The position numbers and the translations under genes were made by a program. Under the pieces are notes generated by a model. That model searched no databases and was not told where the DNA came from. It saw only the letters and a program-made list of their open reading frames with translations. Shown here piece by piece: positions 22,533 through 32,333 of a DNA stretch of 64,000 nt. Position 1 is the stretch's first letter. Each line of letters starts with the position of its first letter. The DNA lies in the NCBI GenBank assembly GCA_963674595.2, contig CAXXFV010000006.1, positions 32,001 to 96,000 of the forward strand, given 5' to 3'. Origin of the DNA: a bacterium. Its GTDB lineage: Bacteria; Zhuqueibacterota; Zhuqueibacteria; Residuimicrobiales; Krinioviventaceae.

Positions 22533-22976
22533 ATGAAAAAAGTTTTTGCTGAAAAGGATATTAAAAAAATTGCCAAGGTTCTAAATGTTGAACCGAAATT
22601 CAAGGGAAATAATTACCGATTTGTGATTAATAATGAGAGTAAAAATCTCCATATTTCTCTTGAAATTTATCCCGATATTCAAATTGGCGAAAAAACCGGA
22701 AATTTAATTTCCGTATATGCGCCCAGCGCACATTTGCAGCTTCATTTTTGTACCGGATATGTTATCAGTGATATGTTGGGTGAAGTGACTTTTATTGGCG
22801 AATGCGGCGGCAAAGTGTCCGGGTTAATTATAGAAAAAGAAGCCGGCTGTTCTTTATATTCTAACGTTGACAGTTCGATTTTATCCGGAGATTTTACAAC
22901 ATTGGGACCTGAGGTTATGCTTTCCGGTGTTGCACTTTCGCTGGCTGAAGAACTTTTACCCGGCAAAGTCGAATAA
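22533..22976 (+). CDS. Hypothetical protein (147 aa)
   Basis: Clean ORF filling the gap between csp and xerD; no motif recognised. Confidence 0.65.
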   Translation: MKKVFAEKDIKKIAKVLNVEPKFKGNNYRFVINNESKNLHISLEIYPDIQIGEKTGNLISVYAPSAHLQLHFCTGYVISDMLGEVTFIGECGGKVSGLIIEKEAGCSLYSNVDSSILSGDFTTLGPEVMLSGVALSLAEELLPGKVE

Positions 22977-22994
22977 TTTTATGATTTTTGATAT

Positions 22995-23939
22995 ATGAAT
23001 CTTTGGGACCATTTAGCGAATTTTTTGGATTATCTGCATATTGAAAAACACGTTTCCAGCCATACTGCCGAAGCCTATCAACGTGATTTGGACCGATATT
23101 TAAAATTTCTTTCATTACAACAAATTACTGATCCCGAACAAATTTCCAGAACACATATTCATTCCTACCTGGAAACTCTTCATGAACTTTTTCTAAGCCC
23201 AGCAACAATTTCGAGAAACCTCTCTGCTATAAGGACTTTTCATAAATTTTTAATTGGCGAAGATTTTTTAAAAGCAGATCCTTCTTTAGATACTTCCGTA
23301 CCGAAACCCTGGATGAAACTCCCTGAAGTGCTTGATGTGTCGGAAGTGGAAAAACTGCTGGAATACCCGGATATTTCTACTCATACCGGTTTACGGGACC
23401 GTGCCCTTCTGGAATGTCTTTATGCTACAGGTATGCGTGTTTCCGAATTAGTCAATCTGAAGACCATTGATATTTTTTGGGACGATGAATTTGTTCGTGT
23501 ATTTGGCAAGGGTTCCAAAGAACGGCTCGTGCCTATCGGCAAAACCGCCCTGGACTGGATTCGGATATATATAAAAGAAATACGTTACCCATTATCCCAA
23601 CAGGGACTTTCAGGCGATATTTTATTTTTAAATCGTTTTGGGAAAAGGCTAAGCCGACAAAGCGTTTGGATTTTAATCAAAAAATATAGCCGAGATTCCG
23701 GTATAAAAAAATTCACCAGTCCACATACATTACGGCATTCCTTTGCCACTCATTTGGTGGAAGGTGGAGCCGACCTGCGTGCCGTACAGGAAATGCTGGG
23801 TCATGCTGATATTTCCACAACGCAAATTTATACCCATCTTGACAGGGAGTTTTTAAAACAAGTACACCGTAATTATCATCCTTTGGAATCCGGCAAATTG
23901 TGGCGAAAAAAGGATAAGGACAGGGGGGAAGAACTTTGA
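22995..23939 (+). CDS. xerD: Site-specific tyrosine recombinase XerD
   Basis: HT.EAY.RDL, RDRALLE.LYATGMRVSEL, GKGSKER.VP, SPHTLRHSFATHL..GGADLR.VQEMLGHADISTTQIYTH. Confidence 0.9.
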   Translation: MNLWDHLANFLDYLHIEKHVSSHTAEAYQRDLDRYLKFLSLQQITDPEQISRTHIHSYLETLHELFLSPATISRNLSAIRTFHKFLIGEDFLKADPSLDTSVPKPWMKLPEVLDVSEVEKLLEYPDISTHTGLRDRALLECLYATGMRVSELVNLKTIDIFWDDEFVRVFGKGSKERLVPIGKTALDWIRIYIKEIRYPLSQQGLSGDILFLNRFGKRLSRQSVWILIKKYSRDSGIKKFTSPHTLRHSFATHLVEGGADLRAVQEMLGHADISTTQIYTHLDREFLKQVHRNYHPLESGKLWRKKDKDRGEEL

Positions 23940-24688
23940 GCACTGTTGGTTGTCATATTCTTCGGTTCCGGTCTTTGTCCTCAACAAATGATTATGCTAA
24001 AAATTTCGCAGAACATTTATTGGATGGAACTGTTATTGTTGCCGATGAACAAACAAAAGGACGGGGACGTTTCAACAGGACCTGGACTTCCTTAAAAGAC
24101 AGGGGATTGTATTTTTCAATAGTTTTAAAACCCACAATTAGTCATTTACCATTACCGATTTTTTCACTTTTACCGACATTGGCCGTTATCAAGGCTATAA
24201 AAAAAGTTTGTGATATTGATGCCTATATTAAATGGCCGAATGATATTTATTTTGAAAAGAAAAAGGTTTCCGGTATCCTTGTGGAATCCATGTCAGGCGG
24301 GAACAATATCAAGCAAATTGTTTTGGGAATTGGAATTAATTTGTTTGACACTTTTCGATTGGAGAAAAAGTACCCTGATAAAGCTGCCTTTTTGGATAAA
24401 TTTTCAAAAACTACATTTTCAAAAGAACAACTGTTGAATGCTGTGATAAAAGAATTGGAAAATTATTATTTTTTAATTCATTCTCAAAAATTAGTTTTAA
24501 AAACAGTTATAAAAGAATGGAATTCTTTTTGCGGTCATATTGATAAATCCGTCCGGGTCATCAATAAAAAATCATGTTTTACCGGTATTTTTAAGGGAAT
24601 TAACGATTCCGGTGAGGCTGTTATTCTTCGTAACAGTGGAAAAATATTTCATTATCAGGCAGAACACATATCATTAAAGGAGATGTGA
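23936..24688 (+). CDS. birA: Biotin--[acetyl-CoA-carboxylase] ligase (no HTH)
   Basis: SSTND, ADEQT.GRGR..R.W, IKWPND, KKVSGIL, GIGIN. Confidence 0.9.
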   Translation: MSTVGCHILRFRSLSSTNDYAKNFAEHLLDGTVIVADEQTKGRGRFNRTWTSLKDRGLYFSIVLKPTISHLPLPIFSLLPTLAVIKAIKKVCDIDAYIKWPNDIYFEKKKVSGILVESMSGGNNIKQIVLGIGINLFDTFRLEKKYPDKAAFLDKFSKTTFSKEQLLNAVIKELENYYFLIHSQKLVLKTVIKEWNSFCGHIDKSVRVINKKSCFTGIFKGINDSGEAVILRNSGKIFHYQAEHISLKEM

Positions 24689-25455
24689 TGTTATTAGCTG
24701 TAGACATTGGGAACACACAAATAGCTGCCGGTTTATTCAGGGGAGATGAGCTTGTTGCGCATTGGCGATTATCCAGCACCTATGAACGTACTGAAGACGA
24801 AACCTGGGTCATTATGCAGTCTATTTGCCAGGCCCATGGATTTGATATTACCGAAACGACCGGTATGGCTGTTTCATCTGTTGTGCCGGGAATGACCCGT
24901 ACATTTGAAAAAATGGCGTCAAAATATCTAAAAACGAGTCCTGTTGTTGTGTCCCATCAGATTGATTTGGGTATTCAAATTTTATATAAAAATCCGTCAA
25001 ACGTTGGAGCAGACAGATTATGTAATGCTGTCGGCGGATTTATAAAATATGGAGGGCCGTTAATAGTTGTTGATTTTGGTACGGCAACAACCTTTGATGT
25101 TATTTCCAAAAATGCCGAATATTTGGGCGGAATTATTGCGCCGGGTATTGAAATGTCATCCATGATATTGCATCAACGTGCTGCCAAATTACCACGTGTG
25201 GAATTAAGTTTTCCTGAACATGTTATCGGGAATTGCACCGAAGACAGTATGCGATCCGGTTTGATGTATGGGACGGTTGAAATGATTGACGGAATGATAA
25301 AAAGAATTTCGAATGAATTGCAGGAAAAAGTGACGGCTATTGCAACAGGCGGGTTGGCAAGAGTGATTATTGAAAAACTGGAAACTGTGGAAATTATAGA
25401 ACCGTATCTAACCTTGGACGGTTTGTTGAATATATATAAACGAGTAAGGCATTAG
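24685..25455 (+). CDS. coaX: Type III pantothenate kinase
   Basis: VDIGNT, SSVVP, GADR, VDFGTATTFD, GGIIAPG, ATGG. Confidence 0.93.
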   Translation: MMLLAVDIGNTQIAAGLFRGDELVAHWRLSSTYERTEDETWVIMQSICQAHGFDITETTGMAVSSVVPGMTRTFEKMASKYLKTSPVVVSHQIDLGIQILYKNPSNVGADRLCNAVGGFIKYGGPLIVVDFGTATTFDVISKNAEYLGGIIAPGIEMSSMILHQRAAKLPRVELSFPEHVIGNCTEDSMRSGLMYGTVEMIDGMIKRISNELQEKVTAIATGGLARVIIEKLETVEIIEPYLTLDGLLNIYKRVRH

Positions 25456-25479
25456 AATAAATGCCTTACTCAAATATTA

Positions 25480-25710
25480 TTATACAGAAACAACCTCAAT
25501 AACTTCAGGCAACTGACGTTTCAATTCTTTTTCAATTCCCATTTTCAAGGTCAATTGGGCCATTGGACACGTTCCACAGGCGCCTTGTAGTTTTACTTTA
25601 ACAATTCCCTCTTCAACAGCGACAAGTTCTACATTGCCGCCGTCAGCCATAAGGGCCGGACGAATTGTATCTAATACGCTATCTACAGCATTAAAATCTA
25701 ATTGTGACAT
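25480..25710 (-). CDS. NifU/NfuA-like Fe-S carrier
   Basis: IRPAL.ADGGNVEL, LQGACGTCP..TLK.GIE. Confidence 0.9.
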   Translation of the reverse strand: MSQLDFNAVDSVLDTIRPALMADGGNVELVAVEEGIVKVKLQGACGTCPMAQLTLKMGIEKELKRQLPEVIEVVSV

Positions 25711-25728
25711 AATATTTTCCTGTTATTT

Positions 25729-26595
25729 TTATTGTGCATTTGTTTCGTTATTTTCTTCTACCGGTTCTTCTTCCGGAATTTCGCCGCGTACAACATAGGA
25801 CTTTGACGGGCATTTTTTAGCAGCAGCATATAATTCAATATGATTTGTATCCTGAATAACCGGAAGGTTTCCTTCCATTTGAATAGCACCGGATGGTGTT
25901 ACTTTGGGCATGGTACAAATTTTACATGCAAAACAACCTACTTTACAAACAGACTTGACGGCTTTGGCTTTTCCCTGAGAAACACATCCCAAAAATACTT
26001 TTTGACTGCGGGGTATTAAGGTCATAATACCTTTAGGACAGGTTGAAACACAAATTCCACAGGCAGTACATTTGTCTTCAATAACGACGGGCAAACCATT
26101 TTCATTCATATACATAGCATCAAAGGGGCATGCTTTAACACAGGAACCGAGTCCCAAACAGCCATATTGACAGGCTTTTAAACCGCCGCCAACCAGCATT
26201 GCCGCATGGCAATCCTGAACGCCCTGATATTCAAATTTTTCCTGAGCTTCTTCTTTTCCGCCACGACATTGTACAACAGCCACTTTGGGTTCTTCCGATT
26301 CCAGTGCTTCAAGACCCATAATTTTTGAAATTATTTCAGAAACAGCCTGGCCACCCGGTGTACATTTATTGGGCGGAACTTTGCCGGATACGACAGCCTC
26401 TGCATAAGCGGAACAGCCCGGTTGACCACAGGCGCCGCAATTGGCACCCGGCAATGATTCAATAATTTGTTCAATTTTGGGATCCACTTTAACAGCAAAT
26501 TTTTTAGCTGCATAAGCCAATCCTAATCCAAAAAATAAACCCAAAGCTCCAAGAGCAATAATAGAAGAAAGAAACATTAGATCCATAAAATTCAC
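25729..26595 (-). CDS. rnfB: RnfB-like membrane-anchored polyferredoxin
   Basis: TM then F.V..DP, LPGANCGACG.PGC..YA, CQYGCLGLGSCVKACPFDA, CTACGICVSTCP. Confidence 0.82.
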   Translation of the reverse strand: MNFMDLMFLSSIIALGALGLFFGLGLAYAAKKFAVKVDPKIEQIIESLPGANCGACGQPGCSAYAEAVVSGKVPPNKCTPGGQAVSEIISKIMGLEALESEEPKVAVVQCRGGKEEAQEKFEYQGVQDCHAAMLVGGGLKACQYGCLGLGSCVKACPFDAMYMNENGLPVVIEDKCTACGICVSTCPKGIMTLIPRSQKVFLGCVSQGKAKAVKSVCKVGCFACKICTMPKVTPSGAIQMEGNLPVIQDTNHIELYAAAKKCPSKSYVVRGEIPEEEPVEENNETNAQ

Positions 26596-26628
26596 TCGTT
26601 GATATGCGGTTAAATGTTTAAGTCAGGT

Positions 26629-26657
26629 AATATAAACATTGTGCATAATAATTGCAA
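26629..26657 (-). promoter_or_regulatory. Putative sigma70 promoter of the rnfB-nifU pair
   Basis: Minus strand TTGCAA-17 nt-TATATT, ~35 nt upstream of the ORF. Confidence 0.5.
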
Positions 26658-26762
26658 GTTGAAATAAAGGACAGGAGTTGTGTTTTTATATTTTTAAGCA
26701 GACTAGGTGCTAACTATTTTGATGTTATATGTATCACTTCACGGCCAATAACATATTTGCAT

Positions 26763-26795
26763 AAAAAACCTCAAGGGATTTGTCAGCCCTTGAGG
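26763..26795 (-). terminator. Rho-independent terminator ending the permease operon
   Basis: Perfect 9-bp stem CCTCAAGGG/CCCTTGAGG with 9-nt loop, followed by T6 on the minus strand, 28 nt past the ATPase stop. Confidence 0.8.
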
Positions 26796-26822
26796 AAAAA
26801 TATTATATTTTTTAAATTCTGA

Positions 26823-27489
26823 TTATTCTTCTTTTTCTAACCAGCCATCCAGCAAATGAATAATTCTGTCTCCGTAGGCGGCTTTTTGTTCGTCATGCGT
26901 AACCTGTATGATTGTAGTCCCTTCACTATTTAATTGTTTCAGCATATCCATTATCTCAAATCCCTGTTTCGAATTCAAATTTCCGGTCGGTTCATCAGCC
27001 AGGATCAGTTTGGGATTTATAATAAGCGCGCGCTATGGCCACCAACTGTTGCTGTCCGCCGGAAAGCTGGCTTGGAAAGAGGTCTTTTTTAGCGACCATA
27101 TTAAATCTATCCAGTATATCGGCAATCAGGCTTTTCCGTTCTGATGTTTTGACTTTTTTGTAAAGTAAGGGTGTTTCAAGGTTTTCATACACGGTCAAAT
27201 CATCGATAAGATGGTATTGTTGAAACACAAATCCGATATATTGCTGATGTAACAGGGTCCTTTTTTTCTCGTTGAGTGAATGGACCGGTTCCTCAAAAAA
27301 GTAATATTCCCCTCCCGAGGCATCATCCAGCATGCCGATAATATGCAGCAACGTCGATTTTCCGGCACCTGAAGGTCCCATAATTGTAACAAACTCGCCC
27401 TGGTTAATTGTCAGGTCTATATTTCGTAAAACCCATGTTTTTACAAATTTATTGGAATAGTATTTTTCTATTTCTTTCAACTTTATCAT
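26823..27489 (-). pseudogene. MacB/LolD-type ABC ATP-binding protein, frameshifted at a (GC)4 tract at 27026-27033
   Basis: [21 protein letters not shown] in ORF 26995-27489; [24 protein letters not shown] continues in another frame to a stop at 26823. Confidence 0.85.
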
Positions 27490-27503
27490 TTTGTTCTCCT
27501 GTG

Positions 27504-29885
27504 TTATTCGTATTTTAAAGAGTGTATAGGATTCTTTTTAACTGTTTTGATGATCTGACTGCTAATGGCAGTTAATGCTGTTATGAATGATATAACGACC
27601 GCTATAATAAAAACATTTGAATTATTATTGGATAGAAAAAGCAATCCTGTTTTTAATATACTTTGCCATATAAAATAAACGAAAATAATACCTGTAAGAT
27701 TTGCTATGAGTATAATTGTAATAAAATTTTTACTGACTGTCCATGATATTTGTAAAAACGTAGCACCCAGTACTTTTCGAATCCCGATTTCTTTTGTCCT
27801 GTGTTCTATAAGTAATGACGTTAAGCCGAACAGCCCAAGACTTGAAAATAAAATACAAACAATTCCAATAATTTGTAAAAATACAGAGATTCGTTTAATC
27901 ATACCCATGGAATCCAGAAAAGTTTCTTCTATAGAAACACATTTGCATGGTACATTTGGTATCAGGTTGTTCCAAATCTTTTCGATTTCTTTATCTATGT
28001 CCCGAAAAGGAATTTCATTTGCATGTCTGAAAAGTATATAATTTAAATTGTTTTTTTGCAAATACAAAATTGCCGGGGGTATTCCAAAACCAATATCCGC
28101 TAAAATAAAATCGTCAACAACCCCGGTAATGATTCCTGATTTTCCATCAGCGATTAGTTCTTGTCCCAAAGGATTTTTCAAACCGAGTTTTTTTACAGCG
28201 GATTTATTGATTAAAAAGCTGTTTTTTCTAGTTAAATTTTTATCGAAACGATAACCCTGTTCGAGATTGATTTTAACGGTTTTTATAAAATCCTGGTCAA
28301 CACCATACATTTCAATTAAAAGTGCGTTTTGTTTATCTGTTCCATTGACGTATACTGATTTTGGATTTGTCCACATATCCGGTAATTCTTTGCATGCTGT
28401 TATATTTTCCACAAAAGGGAGGCGGCCAAGCTCTGTTTTTACGATTTCTTTTTTTGATTCCGATAACCCGTCAACCTTAATTGCCGCAAGATTTTTACGT
28501 TCAAAACCAAAATCAGCATTGATAATATTGTTATATTGGTTTTTAGCGATTCCTGAAAAGGCAATAATCATAATCGACAAAATAAATTGAAACATGATTA
28601 AAATTTTGGTTGGTGTTTTATTGGATTTTGTTTTTGCTTTTTTATTTTCAAACAGGGCCTTGACACTCATTTTTGATAGAATAATGGAAGGATAGAAACC
28701 GGTAAAAAGTCCGACAATTACGGATGTAATAACCATATACCTGAATAAAAATGGGTAATTAGTTATTGAATAATGTGAATGGGCGATTTTTAAGGGCGCC
28801 GGCGTACCGATATATGCAAAAAGTGTCGGTGAAACAAGCTCGAACAATACCAGGGCCAGAGGAAGTGCAATGAGTGATATCAGCAGGGATTCGCCCATAA
28901 ATTGACGAAACAGAGCAAATTGTCCGGCGCCGACAATTTTTCGAACGCTGATTTCTTTTGTCCTCTGCATGTAACGGGCAATTGAAAGTGTTATAAAATT
29001 AATGCTGACGATCAAAAGAAGCAATGAACCGATCAGCAATAGAATGACAACACTTGTTTTGTTGGAACTGCTCAGGCATGATTCGATGTGAGAACCATTT
29101 AATCTGAAATCCTGTAAGGGAAATAGATAAACATTTGATTTTTCATATTCTTTTAAAAAATGTGTCTTAAAAAGAAAAGAAAGCTGGTTTTCTATTTGCT
29201 CTCTTGATATTTCAGAGTTTGTTCGAATAAAAGTTGTACAATTTAATGGTTCCTGGTCTTGCGAATTTGAGGTAAGGGCGTTCCTCGATTCAATTGGAAT
29301 CAGGAACTCAAATTTTAGTGATGATGTTTTGGGAATGTCCTGAACCACGCCGGTAACTGTCAGATCAATTTTATTTTCCAGAGAGAGTGTTTTGCCTATT
29401 GGGTTCTGTTTTCCAAAATATTTTATTGCGGCCGTTTTTGATAAAACAATAGAGTGGGGATCAATCAGTGCTGTTTCGGGCTCTCCTGTTACCATTTTAT
29501 ATGAAAAGAATGTTAAAAAGTTGGGATCAGTGAAAAGGACGTTTTGTTCAAAAAATTGTCTTGTTTTTTCTTTAAATAAAAGTCCGCTTTTGGGAATAAT
29601 ACGTACCTTTTTTAAATCGGGCCATTCGTTTTGTATCATAGGACCCGTTGTCAATGGTATAAATGTTGTATGTTTTTCTTTATTGTCCTTTTCCATGACC
29701 TGAACGATGGTATATATATCCTGAGAATTTTTATGAAATTTATCTGCGTTTAGCTTGATCCCTGATGTTAAGGCAAAAAATGCAAATCCGGCCATGCCAA
29801 CGGCCAGCCCCAAGATGTTGATAAGGGTAAATAACTTTTGCTTATAAAGATTTCGAAGAGCTATTTTTATGTAATGAATAATCAT
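27504..29885 (-). CDS. Duplicated MacB/FtsX-type ABC permease (11th in transcription order)
   Basis: Y.KIALRNL, two periplasmic+FtsX halves, RTKEISVRK and RTKEIGIRKVLGA, ends NPIHSLKYE. Confidence 0.9.
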   Translation of the reverse strand: MIIHYIKIALRNLYKQKLFTLINILGLAVGMAGFAFFALTSGIKLNADKFHKNSQDIYTIVQVMEKDNKEKHTTFIPLTTGPMIQNEWPDLKKVRIIPKSGLLFKEKTRQFFEQNVLFTDPNFLTFFSYKMVTGEPETALIDPHSIVLSKTAAIKYFGKQNPIGKTLSLENKIDLTVTGVVQDIPKTSSLKFEFLIPIESRNALTSNSQDQEPLNCTTFIRTNSEISREQIENQLSFLFKTHFLKEYEKSNVYLFPLQDFRLNGSHIESCLSSSNKTSVVILLLIGSLLLLIVSINFITLSIARYMQRTKEISVRKIVGAGQFALFRQFMGESLLISLIALPLALVLFELVSPTLFAYIGTPAPLKIAHSHYSITNYPFLFRYMVITSVIVGLFTGFYPSIILSKMSVKALFENKKAKTKSNKTPTKILIMFQFILSIMIIAFSGIAKNQYNNIINADFGFERKNLAAIKVDGLSESKKEIVKTELGRLPFVENITACKELPDMWTNPKSVYVNGTDKQNALLIEMYGVDQDFIKTVKINLEQGYRFDKNLTRKNSFLINKSAVKKLGLKNPLGQELIADGKSGIITGVVDDFILADIGFGIPPAILYLQKNNLNYILFRHANEIPFRDIDKEIEKIWNNLIPNVPCKCVSIEETFLDSMGMIKRISVFLQIIGIVCILFSSLGLFGLTSLLIEHRTKEIGIRKVLGATFLQISWTVSKNFITIILIANLTGIIFVYFIWQSILKTGLLFLSNNNSNVFIIAVVISFITALTAISSQIIKTVKKNPIHSLKYE

Positions 29886-29900
29886 TTTTTGCCTCTGGTT

Positions 29901-32321
29901 CTATTCGTATCTTAAGGACTCTACAGGGTCCATGTTTGCTGCTTTGAGCGTGTGAAAGAATATTGTAAGGCAGGCGACCAATAGAGCCGCCATACCCGGA
30001 AGAATAAACATGACCACGTTAAACTGTATGCGATAAGCATAGTTTTGTGCCCAGTTTGACATTATCCACCAGGAAAATGGAATGGCTAAAATATTGGCGG
30101 CAATAATCCAGATACCGAACTGTTTCAAAAACATAAACAGAATGTTTGCTGAGGACGCACCGACAACTTTGCGAATGCCGATTTCTTTGGTGCGTTCTAT
30201 TGTAATAAATGTTACAAGTCCGAATAGTCCCAAACACGCAATTAAGATGGATAAAAATGCAAATATTATAAAAATACGGTGCATTTGAACTTCTGAAAGG
30301 TATAAGGCTTTTAATGTGCCGTCTAAAAAATCATATTGGAACTCCTGGCCGGGAAAGGTTTTGTCCCAGGTTTTTTGTATATAGGCAATTGTTTCTGCTG
30401 TTTTTGCTGTGTTTATTTTTATGGAAATGTGTTTAATGTCCTGCGGTGATGTCAGTAAAAACACGGTCGGTTGAATTTTCAAGTGCAGGGACTGTAGGTG
30501 AAAATCTTTAAGCACACCTGTTATGCTGCTTTCCCGTTTTGTATTCGTGTCAACAGTCATAACAAGCTCGTTACCGATGACCTGTTCAGGCGTTAAATTG
30601 AGTGACCGGCAGGCCCGTTCGTTTAACAAAAATGAGGATTGTTGATCTGCTCCAAAGTCTCTTGAAAATGGCCGTCCTGCAACTGTTGCCAGATTATATG
30701 TTTTAACAAAATCATAATCAATCATCATCAGCATCAGGTTATAGGTTTCACCGGTGTCCTTTTTCCTGAAATTTGTATCCATCATTGTTTTTGTGCCCGG
30801 AACGTTTGAGGATGCCGACACGGAAACAATGTGTTGGTGCTGTAAAAGACGGTTTCTAAACGTATCAATGTTTTCACGAACGATTTTACTGTCTGCCGGG
30901 AGGGTAATTATGTTTTCTTTATCAAAGCCAAGCGACTTGTTTTGCATAAATGTCATCTGAGAGTAAATAATAATCGTGCTGATAATAATAAAAATGGAAA
31001 TTGCAAACTGCATAATCACCATGGCCTTACGAAAACCGGCTTTTCCCTTGCCTGTAATGTTGCTGCCTTTTAAAATAAGGGCCGGTTCCAGCGACGTCAA
31101 ATAAACCGCCGGAATCAAACCCGATAATATGCCGGTAGCAACTGTGATTAAGAGGAAAATAACCCAGTGAAAATCCTGAAATAACCATAGCACCGTTAGA
31201 TTTTTATCAGTGAGGTTGTTGAAAAATGGGGCCGTCAGTGCGATTAATAAAATTGCGGCCAGCAGTGATAATAAAGCGGTCAACAGCGATTCACCAAATT
31301 GTTGGATTAAAAGCTGGCTTTTATTGGCACCGATGGTTTTTCGTAAACCAACCTCTTTAGCTTTTTTAGTTGCTTTGGCCGTTTCAAGATTGGTAAAGTT
31401 TATACCGGCAATAACAAGAATCAATAAAGCAACTGCGGAAAAAATGTAAACCGTGCTCATTTTACCTTGCGGGGCGATTTCATATTCCCGGCTCGGATAC
31501 AGGTGTATGCTTGACAGCGGTTTCAACCGCAGTTTAAACACCTTGTTCACATCTTCATCGGGACCAAAGTAGGCGGCAAACTCGGCTGATATATATTTTA
31601 TCATAAACGGTGGAAATTTTTGTTCCAGTTCGTTTAAATCCGTACCCGGGCGCAACAGCAAATAAGTATATTGCTGACGGCCAAACCATTCGTTCATCAT
31701 GTCCTTTGGATAAGAGGCATTGGATAAAAGGACGTCAAAGCGAACGTGAGAATTGTCCGGTGTTTCCTGCAGTATACCGGTTATTTTAAAATCAACGTCC
31801 TCTCCAAGCCAGTTTACCGTCAAAGATTGTCCGATTGGATCTTTGGTGCCCGTGTATTTAAGGGCCATTTTTTCCGTAATAACCGTTGTGAATGGTTCTG
31901 TTAAAGCGTTTTGTATATTTCCATTTTTTAAGGTAAAATCAAATACCTTAAACAAACTATTGTCTACAATCATCACTTTTTCTTTTCGAAACAAGTTGCG
32001 ATGGTCTTTGATATCGCATTCATTCTTTTCGATCCGAACATAATTTAAAATTTCCGGATAATCTTTTTCCAGTGCCGGTCCCCAGGGCGCTGAGGCCAAA
32101 GGGGCCTGACCATGCATTTCTTTATAGTCCCATTGCCTTTCGATTCGAACAATGTTTTCCAGATTTTTATTAAAAGTGTCATAACTTAATTCGTGCTGGA
32201 CCCAATAATAGATCATAATACAAGCGGCTAATCCTATGGTTAGGCCAGATATGTTTATAAATGCATATAACTTGTTGCGCAGCAGATTTCTAAAAGCGAT
32301 TTTCAAGTAATTTTTCAACAT
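29901..32321 (-). CDS. Duplicated MacB/FtsX-type ABC permease (10th)
   Basis: MLKNYLKIAFRNL, KEVGLRK, RTKEIGIRKVVGA, DPVESLRYE. Confidence 0.92.
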   Translation of the reverse strand: MLKNYLKIAFRNLLRNKLYAFINISGLTIGLAACIMIYYWVQHELSYDTFNKNLENIVRIERQWDYKEMHGQAPLASAPWGPALEKDYPEILNYVRIEKNECDIKDHRNLFRKEKVMIVDNSLFKVFDFTLKNGNIQNALTEPFTTVITEKMALKYTGTKDPIGQSLTVNWLGEDVDFKITGILQETPDNSHVRFDVLLSNASYPKDMMNEWFGRQQYTYLLLRPGTDLNELEQKFPPFMIKYISAEFAAYFGPDEDVNKVFKLRLKPLSSIHLYPSREYEIAPQGKMSTVYIFSAVALLILVIAGINFTNLETAKATKKAKEVGLRKTIGANKSQLLIQQFGESLLTALLSLLAAILLIALTAPFFNNLTDKNLTVLWLFQDFHWVIFLLITVATGILSGLIPAVYLTSLEPALILKGSNITGKGKAGFRKAMVIMQFAISIFIIISTIIIYSQMTFMQNKSLGFDKENIITLPADSKIVRENIDTFRNRLLQHQHIVSVSASSNVPGTKTMMDTNFRKKDTGETYNLMLMMIDYDFVKTYNLATVAGRPFSRDFGADQQSSFLLNERACRSLNLTPEQVIGNELVMTVDTNTKRESSITGVLKDFHLQSLHLKIQPTVFLLTSPQDIKHISIKINTAKTAETIAYIQKTWDKTFPGQEFQYDFLDGTLKALYLSEVQMHRIFIIFAFLSILIACLGLFGLVTFITIERTKEIGIRKVVGASSANILFMFLKQFGIWIIAANILAIPFSWWIMSNWAQNYAYRIQFNVVMFILPGMAALLVACLTIFFHTLKAANMDPVESLRYE

Positions 32322-32333
32322 TGCGAATTCACC

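Noticed and set aside
22995-23939. Tyrosine recombinase as a mobile-element integrase acting on the array
   Set aside because: Sequence is canonical XerD within a housekeeping run; no att sites or tRNA nearby
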